Assembly: GCA_036768595.1 (NCBI GenBank)
Contig: DAIPMT010000002.1
Coordinates: 1,345 to 65,344 of the forward strand
From: Bryobacteraceae bacterium
GTDB lineage: Bacteria > Acidobacteriota > Terriglobia > Bryobacterales > Bryobacteraceae
Reading direction: 5' to 3'
DNA: 64,000 bases
Position numbers and translations under genes: made by a program. Numbering within the stretch: position 1 is the stretch's first letter; every line of letters begins with the position of its first letter. Under the pieces are notes generated by a model. That model did not search any database. It was not told the DNA's origin and was given only the letters and a program-made list of their open reading frames with translations. Positions 40,097-48,953 of the stretch are shown one piece after another.

Positions 40097-40672
40097 TCAA
40101 AACGAGACGAACCCCTTCTTCTCCGGCACCAGCTTGCGCGGCACCACCCCGGCCAGTACCATGCGCACCACAATGCTCTTCTGATTGTTGGTGGTGTTGA
40201 TCCGAATCTCCGATGGCGCGATCAAATCGGATTCGCGCGAGAGCGCCGCCATAAAATTCACAAACTGTTCGATGTGGCACTCGAAGGTAGTCGCGGCCGT
40301 CACCTCGCCATAGCGGTCGCCCAGCGGCTTGGGCTGGCCGAACTCGGCCGAGCGCAGATCAATCTTCTCCTGCGTCGCCAGGCGCCGCGCGGTCGCCAGT
40401 AATTGCGCCTGGGCTTCGGGTGCCGTGTTCGAACGCAGCACATTGCGCTCGCGCTGGTCCAGCTCACTCTGCGCCTGCCGCAGCAAGGTCTCCTTCGCCG
40501 GGACCGTCGCGGCGATGCGCCGCAGACGGTCCAGGTGCGCTTCCGCCGCGGCCACCGTGCTGTCGCCCGAAACGACAGCCGGTGCCACCGGTCGCGAAAG
40601 ATAAAAAACGATTCCGGCCACGGCGATTCCAAGAATCACGAGAGCCCGGACATCGCGCGTGCGCAACGTCAT
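40097..40672 (-). CDS. gspM: Type II secretion system protein M (GspM/PilO-like)
   Basis: ATG 40672 in an ATGA overlap with the gspL-like stop. 191 aa, one TM (ALVILGIAVAGIVFYL), coiled coil then a ferredoxin-like C-terminus. Assigned by position. Confidence 0.6.
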   Translation of the reverse strand: MTLRTRDVRALVILGIAVAGIVFYLSRPVAPAVVSGDSTVAAAEAHLDRLRRIAATVPAKETLLRQAQSELDQRERNVLRSNTAPEAQAQLLATARRLATQEKIDLRSAEFGQPKPLGDRYGEVTAATTFECHIEQFVNFMAALSRESDLIAPSEIRINTTNNQKSIVVRMVLAGVVPRKLVPEKKGFVSF

Positions 40673-42009
40673 GGCTGGGCCCTTCGCAGAGCTTTGATGC
40701 GGAACTGCTCCGCGCCATTCGCCTTGGTCACCGACGTCACGAACTCCGCCCCCTGGAACAGCCGCGACGAATTCAACAACTTCAGTAACGGTTCGGCTTC
40801 CGGAGCCTCGCCCGTCAGCACCACGGAATCTGGATAAATCTCCGTGGAACTGATCCACACTGGCGGAGCCAGCAGGCGCGTCAATTCGTTCAGAACATCC
40901 AGACTGGCGTGGGTCTGCCGCGCGAAGCCATCGAGCAGTGCGGTACGCGCGCGGGTTTCGGCCGTTTTGCGGTCCAGCGCGGCGGCCCGCGATGCCAGCG
41001 GTTCCACGCGCGCAATCTCCACGTGCAGCCTGTCCAAATAGCGCCGATCCATCACCGAACCCGCAAACAGCAATGCCATCGCCGCCATCGCCACCAACAC
41101 ACCCAGCACAATCGTGGGAATCAGCCACGGGCGCGTCCGAGCCGTACGCCTTTCGGGCGGCAGTAAGTTCACCGCCGACGTCAGCCACGGGCACGCAGCC
41201 CCCAATGCCGTGGCGTAGAGCAGAGCGTCGCTCCCCGCTTCGCCGCCAGCTGCCGGCAAAAAGTCCTGCAACGCACCCGCCGGCGCGCCATCATCCAGCC
41301 GCAGCTCCGAGGCCGCCAAACCCACCGCGCGATCGAGCGGCAAATCAATGTCGGCCGAGAAGATTGGGCGCGACGGACTTTCGCCATACAACTCATGCCC
41401 AAAAGCGCTATCGCCGTAAGCCAGGAATGCCGCCGGGGGCGCGCCGGTCAAACGCAGCGCCGAGTGCACTGCCGCGGCGTGAAACGTAAAGCCGCCCACC
41501 GGCACCCCGGCTTCCGCGAATAGTGCGCAGAAGTGGTCGATCGTGGTCTGTCGCGCAATGCCGATCAGCAGCGCGCCGTTGCGGCCTGGCAGCGCGCGCC
41601 ACGCCGACACCGCGTCTTGCTCGCCATAAGGATGCAACGTATCGAGCTGCAATGCGATGGCAGGCGCCAAATCTTTCTGCGCCACGCCGGGCATCGCGAT
41701 CTGACGCACCGACACTTCGCTGCGCGGCAGCAGCACGGTAGCGCCCAGCGCGCGTTGATCATGCTGCTGCAGCAGGCGTCGAATGCGGCTGCCCCACTCC
41801 GCGGCCGGTGTTGCCGCGTAGTTCTCAATCGTCTCGGTTGCCGCGATCCTCACGCCGCCGGGCCTCACCAGCAGCAACAGCACCTGCAGGTCCCGCGGGC
41901 CCACGGCAATCGCCAACGCGGACCCAAACCCGAGCGCTTTGCGCCACCCGGTAATCACCGGCGACGCATGCGGCTCTGCCGTGGCTGTCGTCGGATCAGC
42001 CGCGGTCAT
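40669..42009 (-). CDS. gspL: Type II secretion system protein L (GspL; PilM-like cytoplasmic domain fused to PilN-like TM/periplasmic domain)
   Basis: 446 aa. Cytoplasmic actin-like region, then VNLLPPERRTARTRPWLIPTIVLGVLVAMAAMALLF (PilN-type motif plus TM) and a periplasmic domain. Confidence 0.6.
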   Translation of the reverse strand: MTAADPTTATAEPHASPVITGWRKALGFGSALAIAVGPRDLQVLLLLVRPGGVRIAATETIENYAATPAAEWGSRIRRLLQQHDQRALGATVLLPRSEVSVRQIAMPGVAQKDLAPAIALQLDTLHPYGEQDAVSAWRALPGRNGALLIGIARQTTIDHFCALFAEAGVPVGGFTFHAAAVHSALRLTGAPPAAFLAYGDSAFGHELYGESPSRPIFSADIDLPLDRAVGLAASELRLDDGAPAGALQDFLPAAGGEAGSDALLYATALGAACPWLTSAVNLLPPERRTARTRPWLIPTIVLGVLVAMAAMALLFAGSVMDRRYLDRLHVEIARVEPLASRAAALDRKTAETRARTALLDGFARQTHASLDVLNELTRLLAPPVWISSTEIYPDSVVLTGEAPEAEPLLKLLNSSRLFQGAEFVTSVTKANGAEQFRIKALRRAQP

Positions 42010-42973
42010 ACCACCTCAGAATCTGGTAAGCGTCTTCCGCGTTGCGCAGAAACTTCACGCGCGCGGCTACCGTTCTGCGCAAATCCGAAAATTTGCCATC
42101 CGGCAAACGCAGCCGCGCCGTAGCCCGCAACAGGTACATCGAATTGCCGCCGAGCCTCAGGAACTGCTGTGATCCGATGTCAAGCGACGCCTGCAATTCA
42201 TCCAACCGCACAAAGGGCTGTTGAACACGGCGCGCCACCACCGCGCTCACATCCGCCGGAGCCATCCCCACGGTCAGCAGCACCGCGGGTTGCACCGCGT
42301 TCGCGTCAAACGGGCCAAGCGATCCGAAAGCCGACACGCAATCGCGCAGACCCACGTGCGGCGCCAGCCGCGGCTTGCCATCCGCCCCGGCCTCTTCCAC
42401 ATACGTTCCGTAATAAATGTCCGGCGTCATCCCGCGTAGCAGCAAAAGTTCCTCGGTCTCTTGAAAGGACGCGTGACGCGATAAAAAAGACGGAGCTCTC
42501 GACAAGTAAAATTGGTCGAACATGGTGGGCTGCCCATCCGGCGCCGGCTGCCGCCAGTCGGCAATCGCGGATGCAATCTCGCGCGCCTCTTCGTCGGAGG
42601 TGCCCAGATTCAGCAGCAATCGGTAAAACACCTCCGGACGCGCCTGGTTCAAGCTCAACTTCGAGCTCTCCGGAATCACTTCCACCACCACGTGCCCTTC
42701 CGGAAAATCCAGTTGCATCGCGGGCTGGCCCGGTTGATAGAACATCGCCCCGCCATCGGGAGCGTTGAATTGCTTAGCCCACAGCATGTGCAGGATGGCC
42801 CGCTGTATGCCTCCCTGCGCCAGAAACTGGCTCTTGACGTCGTCCACGTTCGTACCGGCGCGCGCCGTCTCGCTGCGCACCGTGGCCGCAATGCTGAACG
42901 CGATCGCCGACAGTGCCGCCGTCAGCCACAGCACCGCCAGCAGCGCCGCGCCGCGCCGGGGCCGCTTAGTCAT
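41996..42973 (-). CDS. gspK: Type II secretion system minor pseudopilin GspK
   Basis: MTKRPRRGAALLAVLWLTAALSAIAFSIA (no Glu+5, as in GspK). ~325 aa with the large GspK-type insert domain. Confidence 0.75.
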   Translation of the reverse strand: MTKRPRRGAALLAVLWLTAALSAIAFSIAATVRSETARAGTNVDDVKSQFLAQGGIQRAILHMLWAKQFNAPDGGAMFYQPGQPAMQLDFPEGHVVVEVIPESSKLSLNQARPEVFYRLLLNLGTSDEEAREIASAIADWRQPAPDGQPTMFDQFYLSRAPSFLSRHASFQETEELLLLRGMTPDIYYGTYVEEAGADGKPRLAPHVGLRDCVSAFGSLGPFDANAVQPAVLLTVGMAPADVSAVVARRVQQPFVRLDELQASLDIGSQQFLRLGGNSMYLLRATARLRLPDGKFSDLRRTVAARVKFLRNAEDAYQILRWYDRG

Positions 42974-43706
42974 CCTGGTAAATCCTGTTCTGCTCGCGCA
43001 CCACGTGGATGGGCGCCGTGATGGTCATCATGTGCAACTGCCGCGGCGTGCCATCGAGCGATGCCATCTCGATGCGCACGGCCGTCGGCCACGTCGGATG
43101 AATCCACTGCTGTCGCCACACCGCCAGATCCGGTGGCGGCGCTTTCTCCTGATAAAAAAAGCGACAGTAGCTCAACCGGTCGGCCAGCACAAACGAATCC
43201 GGCCGCGCCTGCACCGGCACAAACTGTGGCACGGCAGCGCCCACCGTCGCATCCGGAATCAGTCCCAGCGACAACGCGCCAGCCGACAACGGCCCCGTAT
43301 AGAGCAGTTCATTCACTACCAGCCGCACGCCCTCCTTCTCGCCCGGAATCACAAACAGCTCCAAAATTTGCGGAGCCCCGCGCGAGGCCTCGGCCAGCGA
43401 GTACGTCGAGACGAACCGCATCACCTGCGGCTCTCCCTCAAAAAACAAAATGGGCTGTGCGCCGCCATTACCTTCCGGCCGGTACAGTGCCGTCACCGGC
43501 ACCAGTCCTGCCAATTGCTGCTCGATGATGCGCTGTGTGCCGGCCACGCGGCGGTTCTGCATCAGCCGCACATTGGCCTTGTCCATCGCGTTCAGGCCGA
43601 TGCGCAGCGCCAGCATCATGCCCACCGACAGCACCGCCACCAGCGTGATCGCGATGGTCACCTCGATCAACGTTAGCCCTGCCTCGCCCGAACGGCTCCC
43701 GCTCAT
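42966..43706 (-). CDS. gspJ: Type II secretion system minor pseudopilin GspJ-like
   Basis: ATG 43706 (ATGA overlap). Prepilin leader MSGSRSGEAG/LTLIEVTIAITLVAVL. Confidence 0.65.
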   Translation of the reverse strand: MSGSRSGEAGLTLIEVTIAITLVAVLSVGMMLALRIGLNAMDKANVRLMQNRRVAGTQRIIEQQLAGLVPVTALYRPEGNGGAQPILFFEGEPQVMRFVSTYSLAEASRGAPQILELFVIPGEKEGVRLVVNELLYTGPLSAGALSLGLIPDATVGAAVPQFVPVQARPDSFVLADRLSYCRFFYQEKAPPPDLAVWRQQWIHPTWPTAVRIEMASLDGTPRQLHMMTITAPIHVVREQNRIYQDD

Positions 43707-44119
43707 GACGTCGCCGCCATAGGCAGCCGGTTCGGACGATACCCGTGAATCTCCATCTGCCGCCGCTTGCCGCCATCCATCCACCACACCTCCAGGTCGA
43801 TGGCCTGCAGCACCACCGCCCCGGGACCAGCGCTAGGCGGCGCCTCCGCCACATGCAGCGAGGCGTGCCAGCCCGCCGCGTCCTCCGCGCTTTTGCCGCT
43901 GTCGAACAAGCCGTCGATAGAGCCCTCGATAGGCAGGTGCGGGTCTACCAGCAGTTCGTCCAGCTTGGTCCGCCCCAGCAATGCCGCGCGGTCATACTCT
44001 GTCACGCGCGAAGCATTGCGCAGCGATGTCGAAATCGCCGAAAGCAAGCCGACCACCGCCAACGCCATAATCAACGTGGCGACCAGCACCTCGAGCAATG
44101 TGAATCCGCGCTGTCTCAC
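43703..44119 (-). CDS. gspI: Type II secretion system minor pseudopilin GspI-like
   Basis: Leader (V)RQRG/FTLLEVLVATLIMALAV. 138 aa. GTGA overlap with gspH. Confidence 0.7.
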   Translation of the reverse strand: MRQRGFTLLEVLVATLIMALAVVGLLSAISTSLRNASRVTEYDRAALLGRTKLDELLVDPHLPIEGSIDGLFDSGKSAEDAAGWHASLHVAEAPPSAGPGAVVLQAIDLEVWWMDGGKRRQMEIHGYRPNRLPMAATS

Positions 44120-44559
44120 AGCGGGGCAGCCTCATCCGAAACCGCCGGCACGCCCGTGATCGGGTCCAGCCGGATCAGCTTGTGCCGCCCTTTCGAACTG
44201 GAAAGCGTGATCGTCACGCGAGGCGGCGCACCGCCCGGCATCAGCATGAAGTGGCGCTCCTCGCCCAAAAGTGCAATCGACTGCGGCAGTTGCAGCGTGT
44301 GCCGGAAGCCCGGCTCGGTCGACAGCAGCACCAACTGATTCTGCTTCGGGTCGAGCACCAGTTCGAGCACTTCCTGACGCCGGTCGACGCGGTTCATCGC
44401 CGCATTCAAAAAAGAGCCCACTGAGTCGCTGGCCGATTTCAGGCGAATACTTTCCAGGCCCGACGACATCGCTGGAAATGAAATGCCCGTGATAATCGCG
44501 ACGATCGCGACCACCACCAACATCTCCACCAGCGTGACGCCTGCCTGGGGTCTCCGCAT
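44116..44559 (-). CDS. gspH: Type II secretion system minor pseudopilin GspH-like
   Basis: ATG 44559, right after the gspG stop. Leader MRRPQAG/VTLVEMLVVVAIVAII. Confidence 0.65.
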   Translation of the reverse strand: MRRPQAGVTLVEMLVVVAIVAIITGISFPAMSSGLESIRLKSASDSVGSFLNAAMNRVDRRQEVLELVLDPKQNQLVLLSTEPGFRHTLQLPQSIALLGEERHFMLMPGGAPPRVTITLSSSKGRHKLIRLDPITGVPAVSDEAAPL

Positions 44560-44560
44560 G

Positions 44561-44989
44561 CTACTTCCAGCTAACGACGTCGGTGTTGATGCCGTCGCCG
44601 CCGGGCTGTCCGTCAGCGCCGTAAGAGATGATGTCGGGCTCATCGCCATGCTCGCCCGGATATTTATAAATGTAGGGGCGAGACCACGGATCGTTGGGCA
44701 CTTCCTGCGGCAGGTAAGGCCCATTCCACTGCTCCACATTGGCGGGCTTTTGGCGCAGCGCCTGCAAGCCCAACTCAGTCGACGGATACGTGCTGGTATC
44801 GAGCTTGTAAGCTCCCAGCGCTGTGACGAATGAGGATATCTGCGCCTTGGCCGCGGTCTGCCGCGCCGTGTCCGCGCGCTTCAGCATATTCGGCACCACC
44901 AACGCGGCGAACAGCGCAATGATCGTGACCACCACCAGCATCTCGATCAGCGTGACGCCGGCTTCGAGCGATCTGCGTCTCTGCTTCAT
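44561..44989 (-). CDS. gspG: Type II secretion system major pseudopilin GspG
   Basis: MKQRRRSLEAG/VTLIEMLVVVTIIALFAALVVPN, ...WNGPYL...DPWSRPYIYKYPGEHGDEPDIISYGADGQPGGDG is the canonical GspG core. Confidence 0.9.
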   Translation of the reverse strand: MKQRRRSLEAGVTLIEMLVVVTIIALFAALVVPNMLKRADTARQTAAKAQISSFVTALGAYKLDTSTYPSTELGLQALRQKPANVEQWNGPYLPQEVPNDPWSRPYIYKYPGEHGDEPDIISYGADGQPGGDGINTDVVSWK

Positions 44990-45004
44990 CTCAAGAATTC
45001 CTCT

Positions 45005-46213
45005 CTAAACTGCGACATCGTTGATGCTGGTGATGGCCAGCAGCATACTCAAAATCAGGGCGCCCACCAGCACGCCCATCACCAGAATAATCAGCGGTTC
45101 GAACAGCGACGTGAAGCGCTTGACCGCGGCCCGCGTGTCGTTCTCGTAAATATCGGCCATGCGATTGAACATGTGGTCCAGCCGCCCGGTCTCTTCGCCC
45201 ACCGTCAGCAAATGCGCCGCCAGCGGCGGAAACACCGCGGCTTTGCGCAGCGGCGCCGCAATGCCTTCGCCGCGCTTCACGCCCTGCGCCACCTGCCGCA
45301 GTCCCGCCGCAATGCCGCTGTTACTCAGGATCGCCGCCGAGATGCCGATCGACTGCACCAGCGGCACGCTGTTGGCCACCAGCGTAGCCATGGCCCGCGC
45401 GAACCGTGCCGCATCTGCCTTGCGCAACACGTCGCCCAACAGCGGCAGCTTCAATTGCGCCCGATGCCACCACTGCTTGCCCTCGGCCGTCGCGATGTAC
45501 GCTCGCCACCCCACCGCCGCTCCCACCACGATCAGCAGCGCCAGCCACCACCAGGTCTGGATCACTTTACTGGTCTCCAGCATCAGCAGTGTCGGCGTCG
45601 GAATCTTGATGCGCGATTCCTGGAACACCGTCGCAAAGCGCGGGACCACAAAAGTCAGCAGCACCAAAATCGACCCCAGCCCCACCATCAGCAGCAGCGC
45701 CGGATAAATCATCGACGTGATGATGTAGCCGCGCAGATCGTCCCGCGACCGCTCAAACTCCGCCAGCCGCTCAAACACTGCCGCCAGGCTGCCGCTCGCC
45801 TCTCCCGCGCGCACCATATTCAGGTACAGCTCCGAGAAATATTCCGGATGCGCCGCCAGGCTGTCGGCCAGCGAGCGCCCCGTCTTCAGCACCCGCAGCA
45901 TCTCCAGAATCACGCCGCGAAAATGCGGCCGTTCGCTAAGCTCTCCGGCAATCCCTAACGCGCGGTCCACCGGAATCCCGGACGTCAGCAGCGTCGATAG
46001 CTCCTGCGTGAAAAGCAAAACGTCTTTACGTCGCCCGCCTCCGAAGCCCGGCAGTTTAAAAGCCTTGCCGCCGCGCGCCTGCATCCCCACGTAGACCGGC
46101 GTCAGCCCCTGCCGCTGCAACTCGCGCGCCACCATCTTGTCGGAATCACCCGCCAGACTGCCCGTTCGCAGCTTACCGTCGGGCGCCACAGCCCGGAAAA
46201 AATAAGTGGTCAC
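45005..46213 (-). CDS. gspF: Type II secretion system inner-membrane platform protein GspF
   Basis: 402 aa with two T2SSF repeats and three TM segments. Follows gspE. Confidence 0.9.
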   Translation of the reverse strand: MTTYFFRAVAPDGKLRTGSLAGDSDKMVARELQRQGLTPVYVGMQARGGKAFKLPGFGGGRRKDVLLFTQELSTLLTSGIPVDRALGIAGELSERPHFRGVILEMLRVLKTGRSLADSLAAHPEYFSELYLNMVRAGEASGSLAAVFERLAEFERSRDDLRGYIITSMIYPALLLMVGLGSILVLLTFVVPRFATVFQESRIKIPTPTLLMLETSKVIQTWWWLALLIVVGAAVGWRAYIATAEGKQWWHRAQLKLPLLGDVLRKADAARFARAMATLVANSVPLVQSIGISAAILSNSGIAAGLRQVAQGVKRGEGIAAPLRKAAVFPPLAAHLLTVGEETGRLDHMFNRMADIYENDTRAAVKRFTSLFEPLIILVMGVLVGALILSMLLAITSINDVAV

Positions 46214-46216
46214 GGC

Positions 46217-47875
46217 CTAAAATTCCTGGGTCACGCGCAGCACCTCGGCCGGCGTCGTGACGCCCGCGGCGATCTTCTCCCAGCCGTCTTCGCGCAGGTT
46301 ACGCATGCCGTTGCGGCGCGCGGCCTCGGTGATTCGCGAAGCATCGGCGTTAGCCATCACCAGCCCGCGAATCTCTTCATTCATCTCCATCAGTTCGAAG
46401 ATGCCGACGCGCGATTTGTACCCGGTCCCGGAGCAGCTCTCGCAGCCCGCGCCCTGAAAAACCGGCACCATTTCGCCAAAGGGCGACTGCGCCGTTCCCG
46501 CCGGCCGCTTGCAATCCGCGCAGATCACCCGCACCAGCCGCTGCGCCAGAATCGACACCACCGACGAGTTGATCAGATAGTTCTCAATGCCCATGTCGGT
46601 CAGCCGCGTCACCGCGCTCGGCGCGTCATTGGTGTGCAGCGTCGAGAACACGAAGTGTCCGGTCAGGGCCGCGCGAATCGCCACATCGGCCGTTTCGCGA
46701 TCGCGGATTTCGCCCACCATGATCACGTCAGGATCCTGCCGCACAATGTGCCGCAGACCATTGGCGAATGTCAGCCCGATCTGCGGATTCACATGCAACT
46801 GGTTAATGCCGTCCATCTGGTACTCGACCGGGTCTTCAATCGTGATGATCTTGCGCTCGGTCGTGTTAATGCGTTTGAGCGCCGAATACAGCGTGGTCGA
46901 TTTGCCGCTGCCCGTCGGCCCCGTCACCAGGAAAATGCCGTGGGGCAGGGAAGTGTAGTGCTCCATGCGCGACAGCATGTGGTTGTCGAAGCCCAGTTTG
47001 CGCAGATCGTAAAAATCACCGGCGGAACGATCCAGCAGTCGCATGACGACGCTCTCGCCATACAGCGTCGGCAGCGTGGAGACGCGCAGATCCACCTCGC
47101 GCCCCAGAATTTTCAGCTTGATGCGCCCGTCCTGCGGCAGCCGCCGCTCGGCAATATTGAGCTTCGCCATCAGCTTCAGGCGCGACACAATCGCGGCCTT
47201 CATCTCGCGCGGCGGCGGCTCCTGGCTGAACAGCACGCCGTCCACGCGAAAGCGAATCCGGAACTCCTTCTCGAATGGTTCGATATGAATATCGCTGGCG
47301 CGCTTCTCCACCGCCTGCGCAATGGTCGAGTTCACCAGCCGGATCACCGGCGCCTCGCTCGCCATGTCGCGCAGATGTTCCAGGTTTTCGCCGTCTTCGC
47401 TGTCGAAGCCGCTCTCGACGCTCTGCTTCTCGCTCTCGCCGTAGTAGCGGTCCAGCGCGTCCAGAATCTCCTGCTCGCCCGCCAGCTCCGCTTCCACGCG
47501 CAGCCCGGTGAACGACCGCACGGCGGCAATGGTCTCGAAGTCCAGCGGATCGGCCATCGCGATGCGCACCCATGTATCGCCCATGGCCGTCGGCAGAAAT
47601 TGCGCCTGTCGCATAAATCGCGGCGAGAGCCCATCGAGCTCGGGCGCCGACGGAGGCGGACCGTCCAGTGCCGCCACCGGAATATCGTTCTGTTCAGACA
47701 GCACGCGCAACAGGTCGCGCTGAGCGATCAGCCCCATGTCGACCATGATCTTGCCGAGCTTGTCGCCCCGCTCTTTTTGCAAATCGAGGGCCCGGTCCCG
47801 ATCCTCGGCCGCAATCAGCCCGCGCTGTACCAGCAGCTCGCCCAACTTCGGCGGCGCCAGCGCCGTCACCCTCAC
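46217..47875 (-). CDS. gspE: Type II secretion system ATPase GspE
   Basis: I prefer GTG 47875 (GTGA overlap with the upstream stop). N-terminal T2SSE_N domain (LGELLVQRGLI...), Walker A GPTGSGKSTT, tetracysteine CADCKRP...CESCSGTG. Confidence 0.95.
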   Translation of the reverse strand: MRVTALAPPKLGELLVQRGLIAAEDRDRALDLQKERGDKLGKIMVDMGLIAQRDLLRVLSEQNDIPVAALDGPPPSAPELDGLSPRFMRQAQFLPTAMGDTWVRIAMADPLDFETIAAVRSFTGLRVEAELAGEQEILDALDRYYGESEKQSVESGFDSEDGENLEHLRDMASEAPVIRLVNSTIAQAVEKRASDIHIEPFEKEFRIRFRVDGVLFSQEPPPREMKAAIVSRLKLMAKLNIAERRLPQDGRIKLKILGREVDLRVSTLPTLYGESVVMRLLDRSAGDFYDLRKLGFDNHMLSRMEHYTSLPHGIFLVTGPTGSGKSTTLYSALKRINTTERKIITIEDPVEYQMDGINQLHVNPQIGLTFANGLRHIVRQDPDVIMVGEIRDRETADVAIRAALTGHFVFSTLHTNDAPSAVTRLTDMGIENYLINSSVVSILAQRLVRVICADCKRPAGTAQSPFGEMVPVFQGAGCESCSGTGYKSRVGIFELMEMNEEIRGLVMANADASRITEAARRNGMRNLREDGWEKIAAGVTTPAEVLRVTQEF

Positions 47876-48396
47876 AGCTCCGTCACCTTCACGATCCCGT
47901 TCAGCGCGCCACGCCCGGCCAGCAGCTTCTGCTTCTCGCCCTGCATCACGATCTGCGCCGGCAGCCCCTTGCGGTCTTCCCAATTGTGATAGTAAAGATT
48001 CACGAAATAGACCACCTGCTCCTTGGGCCCAACGTTGTCGAGCGAAGCGCTGGCCGACAGCAGAAACGCTTGCATCGCCTTGCGCAGCGCGGGCAAACGC
48101 AATCTCTTACGCTCATTCACCGCGGCAATTTCAGGCTTCGTCAGCGGCCCCCGAAAAGGGCTCGCCGCCGGAGTAAACGCCAGGCTCACCTCGGTCGAGA
48201 ACACGGCCCCATAGCCTTCCAGATACACCCCTCGCGTGTTCCCCAGTAGCTCGAACGGATCCTCGCGCGCCGCCAATGTCTTGTCCGCCAGTTGCTCCAT
48301 CGAAGCCACCGCCAGACGCGCCCCTGCGCTCGAAGGAGCCGCCGCCGACGCCTGCAGCAGCAGCGCCGCCAGGCACACCGCCGCGAGAGTTCTCAT
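47872..48396 (-). CDS. Periplasmic hypothetical protein, third gene of the ECF sigma/anti-sigma module
   Basis: 174 aa with signal peptide MRTLAAVCLAALLLQASAA. 4-nt overlaps with the anti-sigma gene (upstream) and gspE (downstream). No motif recognised. Confidence 0.5.
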   Translation of the reverse strand: MRTLAAVCLAALLLQASAAAPSSAGARLAVASMEQLADKTLAAREDPFELLGNTRGVYLEGYGAVFSTEVSLAFTPAASPFRGPLTKPEIAAVNERKRLRLPALRKAMQAFLLSASASLDNVGPKEQVVYFVNLYYHNWEDRKGLPAQIVMQGEKQKLLAGRGALNGIVKVTEL

Positions 48397-48953
48397 CGCC
48401 CGCCCATGTCCGCGCTGGCCACCTGCATCACGTTCATCTTCTTCTGCCAGTAATTCAGAGTGTCCTGCACATTCAAAAGCAACTGCTGCCGCTCCAGTTC
48501 ATGACGCCGCTCCGCATCGGCTAGCAGCTCTTTGGTCTTCTGGGCGCTACGCACTTCCGATTGCGCCACCGCCTCACGCACCAGCGCCTCTACCTTGCCC
48601 GGGTCCTGCGCCACATGAGAACTAGCCACCTCCACCGTACGCACGGGCGCCGTCCTGTAGCTCATCACCCAAAACACCACCAGCGCCGACAGAGCCGCCG
48701 AAGCAAACACTGGTCCTGCGGCAAAGAACCAACGCGCCACACGCGAACCCACCGAAGGCGCCAGCACTTTATCCGAGACAAACGCGATGCGCCGCGGCGG
48801 CTCCTGATCCGGCAGCATGCGCAACGCCCTGGCCGTCATCTCCAGCTGCCGCAGCTCGGCGCGCAGCTCTGGCGAAGCCGCCAGCTGTCGTTCCATGTCC
48901 GGCCGTTCGCCCGCCGGCATCTCGTCGAAAAAATAATCCCGCAAGCCGCTCAT
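48393..48953 (-). CDS. Anti-sigma factor (single-pass membrane protein)
   Basis: 186 aa. N-terminal helical anti-sigma-like region (DYFFDEMPAGERPDMERQLAASPELRAELRQL), central TM (WFFAAGPVFASAALSALVVFWV). ATGA overlap with the ECF sigma gene. Confidence 0.55.
   Translation of the reverse strand: MSGLRDYFFDEMPAGERPDMERQLAASPELRAELRQLEMTARALRMLPDQEPPRRIAFVSDKVLAPSVGSRVARWFFAAGPVFASAALSALVVFWVMSYRTAPVRTVEVASSHVAQDPGKVEALVREAVAQSEVRSAQKTKELLADAERRHELERQQLLLNVQDTLNYWQKKMNVMQVASADMGGR

Noticed and set aside
39363-41194. Long N-terminal extensions in the ORF track for several gsp genes: 305 aa and 365 aa versions here, and also 44116-44739, 42966-43787 and 46217-47983.
   Set aside because: The extensions overlap the preceding genes by hundreds of nucleotides, are Arg/Gly/Ala-rich, and precede obvious true N-termini (prepilin leaders, TM anchors). 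Internal starts that give 1-4 nt overlaps or short gaps were chosen instead.
46634-47989. 451-aa plus-strand ORF antisense to gspE. Similar long antisense ORFs occur at 18537-19748 (opposite eno), 8766-9923 (opposite asd), 10380-11255 (opposite lysC) and 59751-60671 (opposite GH5).
   Set aside because: In each case the opposite strand encodes a protein with unmistakable conserved motifs. The antisense translations are R/A/G/H-rich with no recognisable domains. These are GC-skewed codon artefacts.
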